The notes under the pieces were generated by a model. That model was not told where the DNA came from and did no database searches. It worked only from the letters and a program-made list of their open reading frames with translations. From assembly GCA_964035545.1 (NCBI GenBank), contig OZ037770.1, forward strand, positions 13,506,642 through 13,570,641: a stretch of DNA of 64,000 nt. The letters run 5' to 3'. Positions 1 through 20,529 of this stretch are shown here, piece by piece; positions within the stretch are counted from its first letter, which is position 1; each line of letters opens with the position of its first letter. Position numbers and translations under genes: made by a program. Source of the stretch: Bugula neritina (lineage: Eukaryota; Animalia; Bryozoa).

Positions 1-1852
1 TTTTGAATATATTTTATTATAAAATTGTTAGTAAAAAGATCATTTTTAAGTTGAATATCTAAAACTGATAAAAAAAACTGTTGTGATGTAATAAGTTTAA
101 TAAGTTTAATAAAAAATAAACAAAAACTATGTAATAAATAAATAAGGAAACAATAGCTTAACAATAGCTAAAATAGATAAACAAATAAACAAATAAATAC
201 AAGGAAAAATATATATAACACAAAGTGCTAAAATGTAAAGTACTATATATAATAAACTAAATGTGAAAAATAATCATTTTCCCTCAAGCAATTGTAAGCT
301 CAGAGATAGAAAATTTTCAAAAAAAAAATTCCCATTAAAATACATCGTTATATATTGAAGTGAAGTAATTTGTTAATTTGTTGCTCCCATTTAATATATT
401 GAACATGAAAATGTATGATTGTAAACAATTTTTTAGTTTACTGCTTTACTTTTTTCATTAATTATTTATAAGTAAATCTTTTAAATTAGTCCTGTCTTAA
501 GCTTTAAAGTGTAGCCAAAAAATTAAATTATATTAAAAAAAAATTGTGTTTTCACTGCCAAATGTTTTTAATTTATGCATTTATTTCTAATAAATCATCA
601 AAATAAAAAATCAGCAATGCTTTCATACAATTTGCTCTCAATTGCACAAGTCTTTTCACTAAATCAAGTTTTTTAGGCAAATATAGCAAAATAATTACAT
701 GTTTGTATTGCAAGAAATATTTTTCTCTACTTCTTTGTAGGACATAAATGTTACAGTTACAACTGTTTGGCCTAGCTCACTGTAACAAACTTTGAATGGT
801 AATGACTCTGCTCATTGACGTTAGGCCTTCGATATAAATTGATAATTACAGTTAAGATTCTCTAATATTAAGACATTATAAAGAAAGCATACTGAGGAGT
901 ACCTATATCAATACATGTAGATTGTAATTTTTGCGAGTTGTTAGCAGATATCAACTTGCTGAACAAACACTATCAAAATTGTTTAAGGTAAGTTATAAGC
1001 ATCAATTGTGATGTTTTTATACAGTTATTGAGAATAGTATACATTTATTTTGCAATTTGAAACAATTTATAACATGCTAGTAAAGCTATTGGTAAATATA
1101 ATTGGTCACTAGAGCAATTATTACGTATTGTATGTGGCAGGTAACATTGCAGCAGGTTATTGTCAGGCAGGCAGGCTTTTACTTTCAGAGAGGTAACTTT
1201 TTAGATGCTTTGTGATCAACTTATTGTGTACTCATACAAATAATCTAAACATATAAATAAACTAGACATAGCTGTAGCAGCAGAAAGAACTATTTTACAT
1301 AGCCAGCTATGATTTGCAAAGTCAACACATGTAATTAAGTTTATTAAACGTCTGCGTAGCTCTACATTGATATTATTTTTTGCCTAGTCATTGATTTTGC
1401 ATGTTGATTATGTTAAAAACTAATTCCCTAGCTATTATTAGAATATAATAATATGTTGTAGAATATTTATATCTTGGAGATTAATTACATGCTTAGAACG
1501 AGTACGTAAGGCCGTATAGGCAACCTGCAGTCTGCTGCCACGTGGAATATCTATCAAACTGACCTCTGGTTGTACGACTCACACCCTCTGATGTGTTTAT
1601 AAACTTTCAACAGAATATTTGCTAGTAAATGAAACTACTCTTCAACGCAATATACGGTTTTTCTGTACTAAAAGTCAATTTATATATCTAACTAACAAAG
1701 GAATTTTCTATAGATTTTTGTTTTATGTTCAAAAGTTGTGGTGTGGGAAAATTTAATCTTAATCATTTCCAGTCAATTTCTCAAAAAGTAGGTATTTGCT
1801 TTTGCATTTTTGTAATTCTAATATTTGGTTTAACTTCTGAAGATTATATATA

Positions 1853-1990
<138 letters not shown>

Positions 1991-2347
1991 ATGAAATTTT
2001 TAAAGTGGTTAGTTAAAACAAAGACGCAATGAAATGTTTCTTACACGCATCTAGGCTATAAAAGACTATTTTTTGTGGTATATGCAGTAATATTTTCAGG
2101 AAGCTTTTACAAATATTGGTTTACTTGAAAAAATATATGTATATATAAAGAATGATAACTACGTACTCAAACATAGTAATTATTGTACAATTATGTTAAT
2201 TATATGAATTCTCTAAAAAAAGTGATTAAAAATTGTAGCTATTATAGTTTCATAAGCATAATATTGCATGCTTGCTGTAGCTGACCAAAATACAGAAATT
2301 TTGCAAAACTATAGTTTCCCAAAGTTATCTTCTCTCTCATTTGATGA

Positions 2348-5300
2348 TCATTTGTCGTCTTTTAGTATTCTTTTGAGAGCATTCAATAGCTGGTCTTCTT
2401 TGTCTGGCTCACTGGTTGAACCTTCAATATTTATAAATATTAATAAATAAATAAAATAACAGCCCATTAAACACTAGCGTAATATTTTTGTAAAATATTG
2501 CATTACATTTTATTATGCTATATATCATATTATATTATATTATATTATAATATATTGTATTATACTATATTATATTATATTATATTATATTATAATATAT
2601 TATGTTATATTGTACTATATTATATTATATTATACTATATTATATTGTATTATACTATACTATATTATATTATATTATACTATATTATATTATATTATAT
2701 TATACTATATTATATTATATTATACTATACTATATTATATTATAATATAATATAAATGTTCAAATAATTACTTGGTTTGCTTGAGGTTACTTCAATATCT
2801 GTTGCCTCTGCTGCCTTAGCAAGAGTTGTTGAAATAGCTTTGGTAGACTCAGGACTTGGAGAAGGGGTGGTCGGCTCCTTCTCTGTAGTTGGTAAGGCTG
2901 TACTCTGTACTTCAGGAATCACAGGCTCACTTTTCACTTCTTCTGGTAATTCTAGCTCAAAACTGTACGCGGGGAGTTTTCCTTCTACTGTACTGTCCAA
3001 GAGCTGATTCATACCTTTCGCTTCCAAGATCTAGCAGAAGTAAAACTTTAAAGTTAGCACATTGGTTAGCATCGTCTAACATAACAACAACAATTTTTTC
3101 ATCAACTCGTCATGTGACTGATATATAGTCACAGTTCATTACTATTAGTAGCTGCGCTGAATTACAGCTTTAAAGTTTTAGTTTAGTTTAGTTATTTAAA
3201 AGTTATTTTGTATTCAAGCTTTCCGAAAAAATATTACTCATTGCATTTTTAATGTTTATACCAAATTGGAATATGAATAGCTATAATACTTCTTGTGCTC
3301 TTCATAGGCTGTAAAGTGCAGCTATAGGTGGTGTTGTATGCATTGATACAGTAGGCTATTATGTAATTTGTTTCCATGGGTTCAAATGCAATCATAAAGT
3401 CAAAACACCAAAAAGCTTGAGTGGTTCAAAGTTAGAAATTAAAAATGACACTTCATTAGTGTGGTGACTTTTGAAATTGCTTTTTATTGAAACTGTTAGA
3501 CCTCCATTTGAGAGTTTTAAGAATTCAACATACTGGACAGTTTAAATAGCAAAAATTAAGAACTACTATATTGAAAGCTGAAAATATTTAACCTCATCAT
3601 GAAAACCAAATCATTTCTGCTAAAAATTATGAAATATAAAAACCTGTGGTTTTGAGTTTACTTGAGAGTGACTGGCACATCAAACCTACTGCATGGTTAA
3701 ACCCAACAGCACATGAATCTTTATTCACTTGACTCGGCTCAAAAAGTGAATGTGTGATCAAATTTCTCTCAACACAATAAGAAGAAAGACTAGTGAATTG
3801 AATGAATGATAATCACAATGAATTCCAAAAAGCTGTAAGTAAAATGATAAGTAAAATCTATTCATTTTGTGCATAGATCGTACAATTAATTTGTTTAAGA
3901 AGCACCTAGCAAAATGATACTTATCATGCACAACTCAACACATCTTAGTCTGAGGTCTAAAGAAAGACTTTAGGCTGGGCTTACAATGAGAACCTTCGAT
4001 AGGTTCAAAGAAAGTTTTCTAAGAATTATTGTTGCACTTGAAAATTGTTTCGCAGATGTAGAGATGAATACTGCAGTGTGATCATTTAGCAGGTAAATAT
4101 GATATCAGTATTACCTGCTGCTGAGACTATAAGCCAACCTGCCAAGTGGACATAATTCTTCAATTCTTGTAAATGAATCAATTGAATTTGTTTATTATTG
4201 AATGATTATAAATTATATTAGTTTCAAAGCATGTATTTCAAAACATTTGGAACCCTGAAAACAATATGAAAGGCAGAGAACACTTTAGGTTTTCTATTTA
4301 GACATATTTGAAAATATTTCTGTTTTATAAAGCAACACTGTTTAAGGTAGAAAAGATATATAAAATAGTTCAAAAATTTGCCGAGACCTATTTAAAAAGT
4401 AGTCAGTTCTGTATGCAAACTGTCCCATGAAAACTCACAGAACTGCTACTTTTGTATGATAGTTAAGGTGATGATTGCAATTCCTAACACTTCCCTTGGG
4501 GTAGCTTAGTACAACTTCCAGAAATGTTACACTGAACACCACATTATAGTTTGGTTTTGCTCTGTCTAACTCATACAATTTTATTCTATATAGTTACCTA
4601 AATATATTTTTGTAAAAAATATATCTTATCATATTAATCCAAAAATTTGTAACTTGTTTTAAGTCTATATTTAGAAAGTTTCTTAACATTGTTATACAGT
4701 AAAGTCTTAGACAGGCATTCTAATTTCAAGCCAGCATAAATGTAATGGCTGCTGTTTTATGATAGCAATTGAAATTCTGCAAAAAAATACGGGCAGTTGC
4801 TGAGTCCAACTAAAATCAACCAACTTAATGAGAGCAGAGTTTAATCTATTTTGATTTTGATAAATTTATTTTAATATATTATTGGCATTAATGTTTGATT
4901 TTAATATTTTGACTCTTTATGAAAAGAATGAATCATTTTTGGTTTTGTACTGCCAGATACTATTTTTAGAAAACAACATTATGACTCACTCTAGTAAGAA
5001 ATGGCGGCATCAGATCTCTTATATTCAGCGCCATTTTGATTCGAGGCCCAAATCCAACAGTCTGCGTCTTTTCTTGCTCCTGCAGAATAAACAATAAACC
5101 CTGAAACCCTCACTGAAACTGAAAGTTTACTCTTTGTCACATTGCTTCTTTTGCATGCCAGCATTACTCATCATATGTTATCAACTGCATGCAAATCACT
5201 GATCACATATTCAATGTGCAAGTAGTATCAGTGTGCAGTATCAGTAAGCATTGTAGTAAAATTGGTGTAAATTATAAAACTATACTATTGTGAACATTAA

Positions 5301-5932
5301 AATATAGCCAGTAGTCAAAGTTTACAGCAAATGGTGGATGTATACTAAAAAGAGAATACTAATTTTAGTGCTTATAATTATGCCAGGAAAAACAGTAAAA
5401 TACTCCCTTGTTTTAATAAACTTCTTGTAATTGGGGTTCTGAAATTTCAGTTATTTTAGAACAAATTAAATTGCAAAAAGATAAAGATTATTGGGTTAAC
5501 TGTCAGCTCAAATTTTTTTAATTTCACATATGCTATTAAATGCAATGGGCTGTTGTGGTAAAAAAGGTGTAATAGTTAACTTACAGACATTTCAAAAAAA
5601 TGGTATAGGGCTCGTGCTACCCTTTAACTTTGACTACTAAACAATAGAGTGTATCATTATTATAATATGTTGTATTATAAATAATAATAATGCAACTTTA
5701 ATAAAGTTGAAAACAGGTTTAAATAATATATAAACACTTAATGCTTATACTTACTAATGTACATGTACATATGCAGTATACACTTACCTAATAATATACA
5801 AATGTAGTAGGCCTATATACTTACATAACTTAAGGTACATATGTAGTATATACTTACAGATATTGAAGCAGTAGATATCAAATTTATTGATACTAAAACA
5901 AGTAACACTTGGAAAGATTGCCGAGCAGCCAT
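2348..5932 (-). CDS. Uncharacterised secreted protein with Thr/Pro/Ser/Glu-rich linker, paralog A (~165 aa, 4 exons)
   Basis: Exons 5932-5858 (MAARQSFQVLLVLVSINLISTASIS, signal-peptide-like), 5079-4990 (EQEKTQTVGFGPRIKMALNIRDLMPPFLTR), 3030-2772 (ILEAKGMNQLLDSTVEGKLPAYSFELE...PSPSPEST...), 2421-2348 (SSTSEPDKEDQLLNALKRILKDDK*). All introns are GT-AG, phases 0/0/1 join in frame, and the gene is homologous exon by exon to the one at 7112-9406. Confidence 0.85.
2500..2752. repeat. (TATAT)n pentanucleotide repeat
   Basis: Read directly; lies in intron 3 of paralog A. Confidence 0.9.
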
Positions 5933-7111
5933 TATAGAGAGATGTGTGAACTGTACACTCTTAGCCTGTGTGGGAGCAGTGATTAAAACTATTAGGGTCG
6001 GGTCATTATAATTATATATTATATCTTCTTAAGATGCAGTCATGCTTTCAAATTCTTTTGTACATCATTGAATGCGATGTTTTGTCTGACAGACTCGCTA
6101 TCATATTATCTCAAGCATTCCTTGCCTTTTCATTCCATTATTGTTTAGAGAATAAAACTTATCAGTCTGTTTGAATAATAAAAAACATGTTCGTTTTGTT
6201 GGCAATGTGAATGCCTATTTCAGATGAGATAAACGAATTTTGTGTGAGGTTTTCTAAATTAGAAATCTTGTATATTGGACAGCCTATTTCTTATGGATAC
6301 TGAATGGTCACAACTAAGGTGTGGGATCACGCGTACAGCCTCAAGTTGAAGTATAGAAATATGGTAATTAGCCATATAAAGTGTCAAGCAATATTTGAGC
6401 TGCTAAAAATATCACAGTAGGAAGATATACATCCCTTGTATTACTGTATTACTATATGACTATATTGCTATATTACTTATATATTGTTACATTGCTATGT
6501 GACTGTATAACTGCATTCCTGTATGGCTGTATTACTATATATTACTGCAATGCTATATTACTGTATTGCTATATTAATATTGCAATATTGCTGTTATATT
6601 TCCATCTAGATAACTGTACCTAGTCGTGTTGTGTGCCATTTCACTGCACCATTAGTTAAGAGGCTTTGAGCGAGTGTTACCACTAGCAGCTAATACAACT
6701 TTACTGAGTGCTCAAATATAAATATGGTGCTACGAACGGTAACCATGGTAACGGTATATTACACTTTCATTTTATAATTAAATGAGTGTATGATTATTAG
6801 TAACTTTAGAGTTTAGTTCAACCCTATGTAATATAGTTGAGAATTATCAAACATAAGTTTGTGTAATAGATGTTGATGGTTTATATAATTTCTTATAAAG
6901 TATATATTCAATAAAAAATAATATACAAAAAATTAATGTTGTTTATACATATATCTTCTCATAATTTGTGAGGAATGTAAAACTGGCATTCGTTTTAATA
7001 AAGATCAGTGGACTAATGCCTACAGATACTTCATTCTTATCAATATGACACTAAATTAGCTATTCAGTCACGGACGACTAATCATGAGTCTACCGTACAC
7101 TACAAGGCTCT

Positions 7112-9406
7112 TTACTTGTCCCCATCCAGTATTCGTTTCAAAGCATCTAGAATTTTATCCTTGTCCTGGCCAGAAGCGGCTGGCTCCACAGCTAAAACAA
7201 TGATAATTCAACTTCAGCACTTGTAGTTAAAATGTTGGATCTGGACTAAAATATATATACTTGGTGCATCTAAATCAAATATATGAGATGAACTATCACA
7301 GGTATGCTGAAGCTCTGACAGGTTTGGCAGAGATGTGAAAAAATATTAACTGGTTTGAACTAGTAAAGTTTTGGCCAGAATTATAGCTATTTTTGCTATC
7401 ATATAACCTTAAAGACTGCGCTAAATCAAAATAATGAATTTATAGATATGACAATTTGAGCAGATTGGTAATCATGTTTCTATACAAATAAAGTACATTA
7501 ATAACATAATTTTGTTGTAAACCATCAGTGTCTGATACAAATGATTGTTTTTGTAGCTTAAATCACAAATCTGATTTGATTTTGTGTTTTGAACTATTAT
7601 TTTGATTTGCTCTTACTTTTTGAAAAGAGCTTCCTGTAAGTAAAAGAATCACTCTGATTTGCTCTAGCAACTAAAAAGTATCACCAGACTGAAATCTAAC
7701 CTTGCGTTGTGGTATCTTCTGCAGCAGCGGTTGTAGCAGCTGCTGTTGTAGGTGGTGGTTCAGTTGTGGTGGTAGTGGTAGTTGTAGATTTTTCTGTGGT
7801 GGTGGTAGTTGTGGGTTTCGCTGTAGTTGTTGTGGGAGTAGTAGTTGTTGTTGGTTTCTCTGTTGTGGTGGTGGTTGTGGTGGTGGTTGTGGTGGTAGAT
7901 GGTGCTTTTGTAGTTGTAGTTGGTGGTGGAGAAGCTGTAGTAGAGGGGGGTGAGGCTTGGGTTGATGCAGTAGTTTTAGAGTGTGAGGCTCCTTCCTTCT
8001 TTTTCTTAGACAGTCTCTCTTGTATCTTGAAGGTCATAGCTGGGAATCCCCCGTGAACTGTCCCTTCTAGAAGACTCTCCATGCCTTCTGCTTTTAATAT
8101 CTGTGGAAACGCCATGTAGACCAGATTAGAATATATACAAAGTGTACCAGAATCTACACCTTGAATAATCATAGGAATATTAGCTTATCTTTAAATTGTA
8201 GTCCAGCAAAACATCCCGTCATAGAACTGGTAAAAATGGCACACTGCAGTGCTAAATTTTCCCAAACCTCAAACCCAAACTCTCACCCTCAGATTCAAAC
8301 CCCAAACTCAAACCTCAACCCCTATTCAAAATCCCTAACCCCAATATTGAAAATGTGCCACTTTTACCTACTTTGCCATTTGTGTCATTTTTACCTGTGC
8401 TATTTTTACCTGTGCCATTTTTACTGAATACCATGACAACTACCTTGATGCCATACATGTAACTATCATCAACTTCATATAATAAACATTTAGCAATTAA
8501 CTTAGATGACCTACTCTAGCTAGAAAGGGTGGAACCAAGTCTTTGATATCTAGATCCATTCTCATCAAGCCTTCCACCTCCTCAGCCTTGCTCTAGGAAA
8601 GAAAAGAATTACAGGCTTGAATTTTACAACATTATAATATTATATGTAAAAATTTGTGCTAATTATCGGTGTCCTGTACTATTCAACCCCTAAGGCCTAT
8701 AGACTGTTGGTTTATGTCTATAAGTGGTAAACAAACAACAATGGCCATCAATTCAGTATACAATCTAGGTGTAAATAGCATTGGCTCATCATCCATTAGC
8801 AAAAATTTTATTGAAATTACAGCTAATTAAAAAATATCAGCAGCACCTTTGAAATTAGATTTCACTAATAAACTCTAAACTAGAACTTCAACTAAAAGCA
8901 AAAGTACTACGACTATACTTAAAACAACCCTTAGAAGGTGAAGAATACTGAATAGTGTCAAGTTTTATGACCTATAATTTAATAAATGATTCTTATATGC
9001 TATGGTAATTATCAAAAGGATATCTGATTGATATAGCTAGGTTATTAAGCTGGTTTCAGAATAACAGCAAGATCAAATTCAAACTCAAATAGCTAAACTA
9101 CAATAGCACTACTAGTTTCATAGTAGTCAAATTCATAATGACAGCCATTAAACTTTACCTAATAGCATAGAATTTATTAAAGCTTCAGTGCAGAAAAAGT
9201 ACCTAATTATTTACAATAAAATATACTCAAATACTCCTATATGCAATCAAACCAAGGTTACAAATAGCTATACTCTTATTCTTATAAAAATATATCTATA
9301 TAGAAAAGTCTTTATACAATATAGTAATCTATAGAAGATGCTGCATTCTTACCACAGAGCAGAAGATGCACAGAGAGATAATAGAAAGCCCTATGATTGA
9401 CCTCAT
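7112..9406 (-). CDS. Uncharacterised secreted mucin-like protein with Thr-rich linker, paralog B (~203 aa, 4 exons)
   Basis: Exons 9406-9353 (MRSIIGLSIISLCIFCSV), 8592-8515 (SKAEEVEGLMRMDLDIKDLVPPFLAR), 8100-7701 (ILKAEGMESLLEGTVHGGFPAMTFKIQE...poly-T/P), 7191-7112 (AVEPAASGQDKDKILDALKRILDGDK*). GT-AG introns with the same phases 0/0/1 as paralog A. Confidence 0.85.
8225..8432 (-). mobile_element. Small MITE-like foldback repeat, copy 3 (reverse orientation)
   Basis: GGTAAAAATGGCACAC...(AAACCC-rich core)...AATATTGAAAATGTGCCACTTTTACCTACTTTGCCATTTGTG...TACCA. Confidence 0.7.
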
Positions 9407-12400
9407 TTTGATGCTGTAATAAGATGGAGGTTACTTCTGTGTATCTCTTACTTCTGTCGCTTTCTAGTCAGAACTAGTGATTGCACACACTAAAATATGT
9501 TGGTGTCTCTTGACACTTTACCCTTAATTCTAATGGATTATAACCAATCTAGGCAAAACAACCTTCATCTGATGGCTGGAATAATTGATGGCTGTTTTTT
9601 ATCAGTGGTGGATGTAACAGTGCATCAGTCTGAATATATGTGGGTATAAAAGCATATAAGTCTGCCAAGAACAAAGTAAAGTTTTATAATTAAAAATATC
9701 AATTGCAGCATTTTTACATAGCAGTGTTAAAATTTAAGTGATATGTTAGATTAAGGAAATTATTATCAATTCTACAGTAATGAGTTGCATATATTACCCC
9801 CTCCTTACACTTCTGTGCCACTTTATCTACTGCTGGCCTCAAAGTTACATAAATTAGTGCCAAGTTTCTTAATGGCAGTTATGGCTGGATGAATCTTAAA
9901 AACTAGTTTGAAAATCACTGTAATGCTAAGTAATGCTAGGCTGCGGCTTATAAAAAGCAATAAATTAGACAACTAAGTATTCGCCTGTGAACTGGGTCAT
10001 TCCAGCCGAAGCCGTATACCTAATCATGGTGAGAATCAACCCTGGCGTGGGTAGAGGTGGGATTGAAGGCAGTGAATCATAGGCACAAGATGCAGGTAGC
10101 TCGATCATTGAGCCATAACTTTGTATGCAAAGCATTATTATCCTCATTAAAAAATCCAAAACAGCCCGTAGGAACATGAGTAGAAAAACTAACTCGCAAA
10201 AGCTTATTTTAAAATGGTTACAATATATGATAAAAAATAATTGCGATGTTTCTTAAAAACTAAAGCGCTGTAAATTAGTAATTGTCTTTCCTTGACTGTA
10301 TTGAGTAACAACTTAAAATGCAGAATCTTTCAAGTAACTAGTATCAAATAAGCTGTAAAAAGCTTACAGTTGTTACATGCTTACTGCTCTAGAAAGGCTT
10401 GAGTAGCTTTATACATTTTTATTTAATAAAGAAAGGCACGTTAATGAACATTGTTGTACACAATGTACACATAATCCAACAGTCATAAGGGCTTTGGTAA
10501 TGGATTAAACTTAATTTACAACGCAGCAGCTGTAACTTGAATCCCATATTAAACTCTAATCCCATGTTGTTGGAAAACTTTATTTTGATAGGGGGCTTTC
10601 CACTGTGCTAACATAGCTTGATGGCTTTTAATTTGAAACTGTGATTGAAGGTGTTCATGATGTCATCAATTATCCTGCTGAAGGTTTAGTCTTTGACCTT
10701 GACCTTTACCTTGACCTCTGACCTAGCAGCATGTGCTACGCTACACTTTTGCTGCATATATACACTACTTCTATACGTCAATGTGGTTGTTAAATTAAGT
10801 GTTACACCCAAAAAGCACATTGAGTGTATTTTATAGTTTGATATTTCACATTCATATCAATTATTAACTTTTCAAACAACAATATATAACTATTTTTAAC
10901 AAATCAGTTTTCTTTTGAAAGAAGTGAAGGGTAAAACTAATTTAGTGGAAGAATTACTATACATATATAACTTTATAGAGAACGTATAAGAAAACTGGTT
11001 TACAAAAGGTTTTTTCAGCCGGACAACCGGGACGTGTCTGCTATGATAACCATGTCTGTTAAAGTGAGAGATACACTGCAGTTGGCTAGTAGGTGTTATT
11101 AACGCTCTCCCTGCCCACCTCTAATGTATATTGTAAAGCTTATAACAATACCTTGATTTATTACATTCATCATATTTATTGTATATAGTAAGAAAGTCTG
11201 TGGGCGGATGATTCACTAATCGGAACAGATTTGAGTTGACCTGTGAAAGCTTATATAAAGTTGCTGGCAACAGCTGCAAATATAGAAATGCCATCAGCGA
11301 TCAAATGCATCCTTGCTGCAAGTGAAATGCATTTAAGGTATGCGCAAGTAATTTTAGAAAATAGCAATTATCTAAAAATATCTATAATCTACAATGCTTA
11401 TTGGTGTTTAGAATCAACAAATATCCCCCTCCCCTTCATCTGTAAGCCGTCTACAAGGTGACATGGCTAACCCATACCTTAAACTACAAGGCGCATAAGT
11501 TGACACAAATACAAAGCTACAATTGAAGTTAATGTTAAAGGTATTTTAGCATAGTATACATATGCTTAACATATTTTACCATTATACCATTTTTTGCATA
11601 ATTTATTTTAACATACTTTGAATACATTCTATAGCATACGTTGAAATGTATGCTGAATTTATTTTAGCACACGTTGAATAAACCACTCGAGTACTTAGAC
11701 TTCTGTTTACCCAGGTTTGAATTGAATTCTTCAGGTTTGTAGCGAAGTCGCTTTATCTTACATGTTAGCAACTTTTAGGGCTATATGCATGCTGAGTAGG
11801 ACTATTTCTAACTACAATCATCTTCTTAGCACAAGGTGAACGCATGATCACTTGGCATTCCTCAAGTTTAAACTAGATCACCCTTGTCACATTATAATGG
11901 ATAGGCATGGATGAATTCCCATCCTTTACACTGGTTGTAATCTTCTTTTTATAATTACCCCTGTTTACTGAAGTTTGAACCTACTTGTATAATTGCCATT
12001 ATAACTTGGTATTTTATGCCGATTTTAAAAAGTTTTTAATCGAATAAATTATAACCCGTAGATAATTGAAAAGGTGTTTTATCAAATACCACATTTACAT
12101 GCAGTTAAATGTTGAACAAAGCATGGACTTGTGGTATTTACAGCACAAAATGGAAGTACTAATAAAATCTTGAAATTCTCATAAAACTTCATGACTCTGG
12201 CAGAATGTAGAATGCCAAACCTGCATATCATTCTCAAATTTGCTTTATTGTAAATATAGCCTCAGTTTCTGCTAAAATGTTCTAAAATATTGATGCCAGC
12301 CATAGGCAGCTATGATATGGTTGAAGCTAATGCTAAGTAAACGCTATCCTGTTTTCTGAACAAATCTGAACTCTTATGATAATCAACTTATAAGAATTAT

Positions 12401-12969
12401 GAAGAGCAACCAACTCAGAAATTGTGGCTATTTTCTCATCTCTGAGTGAGTAACTTGTTTTAATCAAACAGGGCTGTCGCCGTCAGCACAAGCTAAGGCT
12501 AGGCTCAACAAAGACAGTTTAGCAGCTCCAAAGAGTGCTTTTGTGTTAGTCAATATTGAAAGTAAAATCTGATTTGAAAACAAAAAGTAGTCTTTATTTG
12601 ATTGGTTTCGCTTGCCCATTGCAGGGCCATTTATGCATAGTTCAACAGATAGTAACAAATGTCAGACTATTAACATTACGCCAGTTAAATTCAGAATCCA
12701 TTTACATTTCTGGAACCTTGCAGACGTGAACACGCATACATAATCTGTATCCACCCTACACTGTAAGATAATTTTATGCATAGTGAAAAGGTAGACTGGG
12801 TAGATAAACATACTCCTTGCTCATTGCTTATAAAATAATATATATAATTGTTTTTCCAATAGTTTGAAGTATATAACTGGGTAGTGGCTGTAAACTATAT
12901 TAACATAAGCTTTAAAACAAACTCTTTGGAGCTAATATGTATTTCAGTTTTGACCATCTATAGTGCAAT

Positions 12970-19850
<6,881 letters not shown>

Positions 19851-20430
19851 CTTCACTCAGAATTGGGATGCTACTAATTCCAAGATTAATCTCAATCTAG
19901 TTTACAAATTTCTTGTTGTGTTGTTCGCAAGTGACAAGTACAGTGAATGCCTGGAGCTAACAATGACAGGATTTTATACTGCAGCTAACTTAGGACGCTG
20001 CACGTTAGTTGTTTAACCTCTCTGTTAGATTAGCAAATAGCGTTTGATTGCGCATGTGTTGATGAGTCTACAATAACTAGGGCAGGGTCAATGAAAGTAA
20101 CATTGTTAGATTTCACTGCATAATATAATTGATTGGGAAAACACCTATTGTACAATATCGAACCATAATAAATGCATATTGTAGCTTTTGTTATCATTTT
20201 GATCTGAAATAAAATGACTAGCTTGTCGAATTACTGTTGGTCATTGACGTACACAAACGATTTCATAGTTGACCGTGTAAATGTTATTTATAGTTGAGGT
20301 CTACTGCTGTTATTTTTACACCAAGCTTTCAACCATTTAAATGGAAAAACAATGTCCTACACTTTTAATAGTTTGCATAAGTGAAGTTGCCTCTTACATG
20401 ACAAATGCAAATGTGACAAACAAATACGTT

Positions 20431-20529
20431 TACACCTGTATACCTGCACACCTGTATACCTGCACACCTGTATACCTGCACACCTGTATACCTGCACACC
20501 TGTATACCTGCACACCTGTATACCTGTAT
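20431..20529. repeat. 16-bp minisatellite (ACACCTGTATACCTGC)n
   Basis: About 6 units. Confidence 0.9.

Noticed and set aside
7702-8056. Cys/Gly-rich (metallothionein- or keratin-like) and poly-Val plus-strand ORFs
   Set aside because: Antisense shadows of the Thr-rich exon of paralog B; no splice or start context supports them.
9960-12660. GC-richer patches and short ORFs between paralog B and the nAChR stop (9965-10177, 11025-11065, 12464-12658)
   Set aside because: No coherent exon chain, recognisable motif or second copy in the window. These are probably UTR or decayed repeat fragments.
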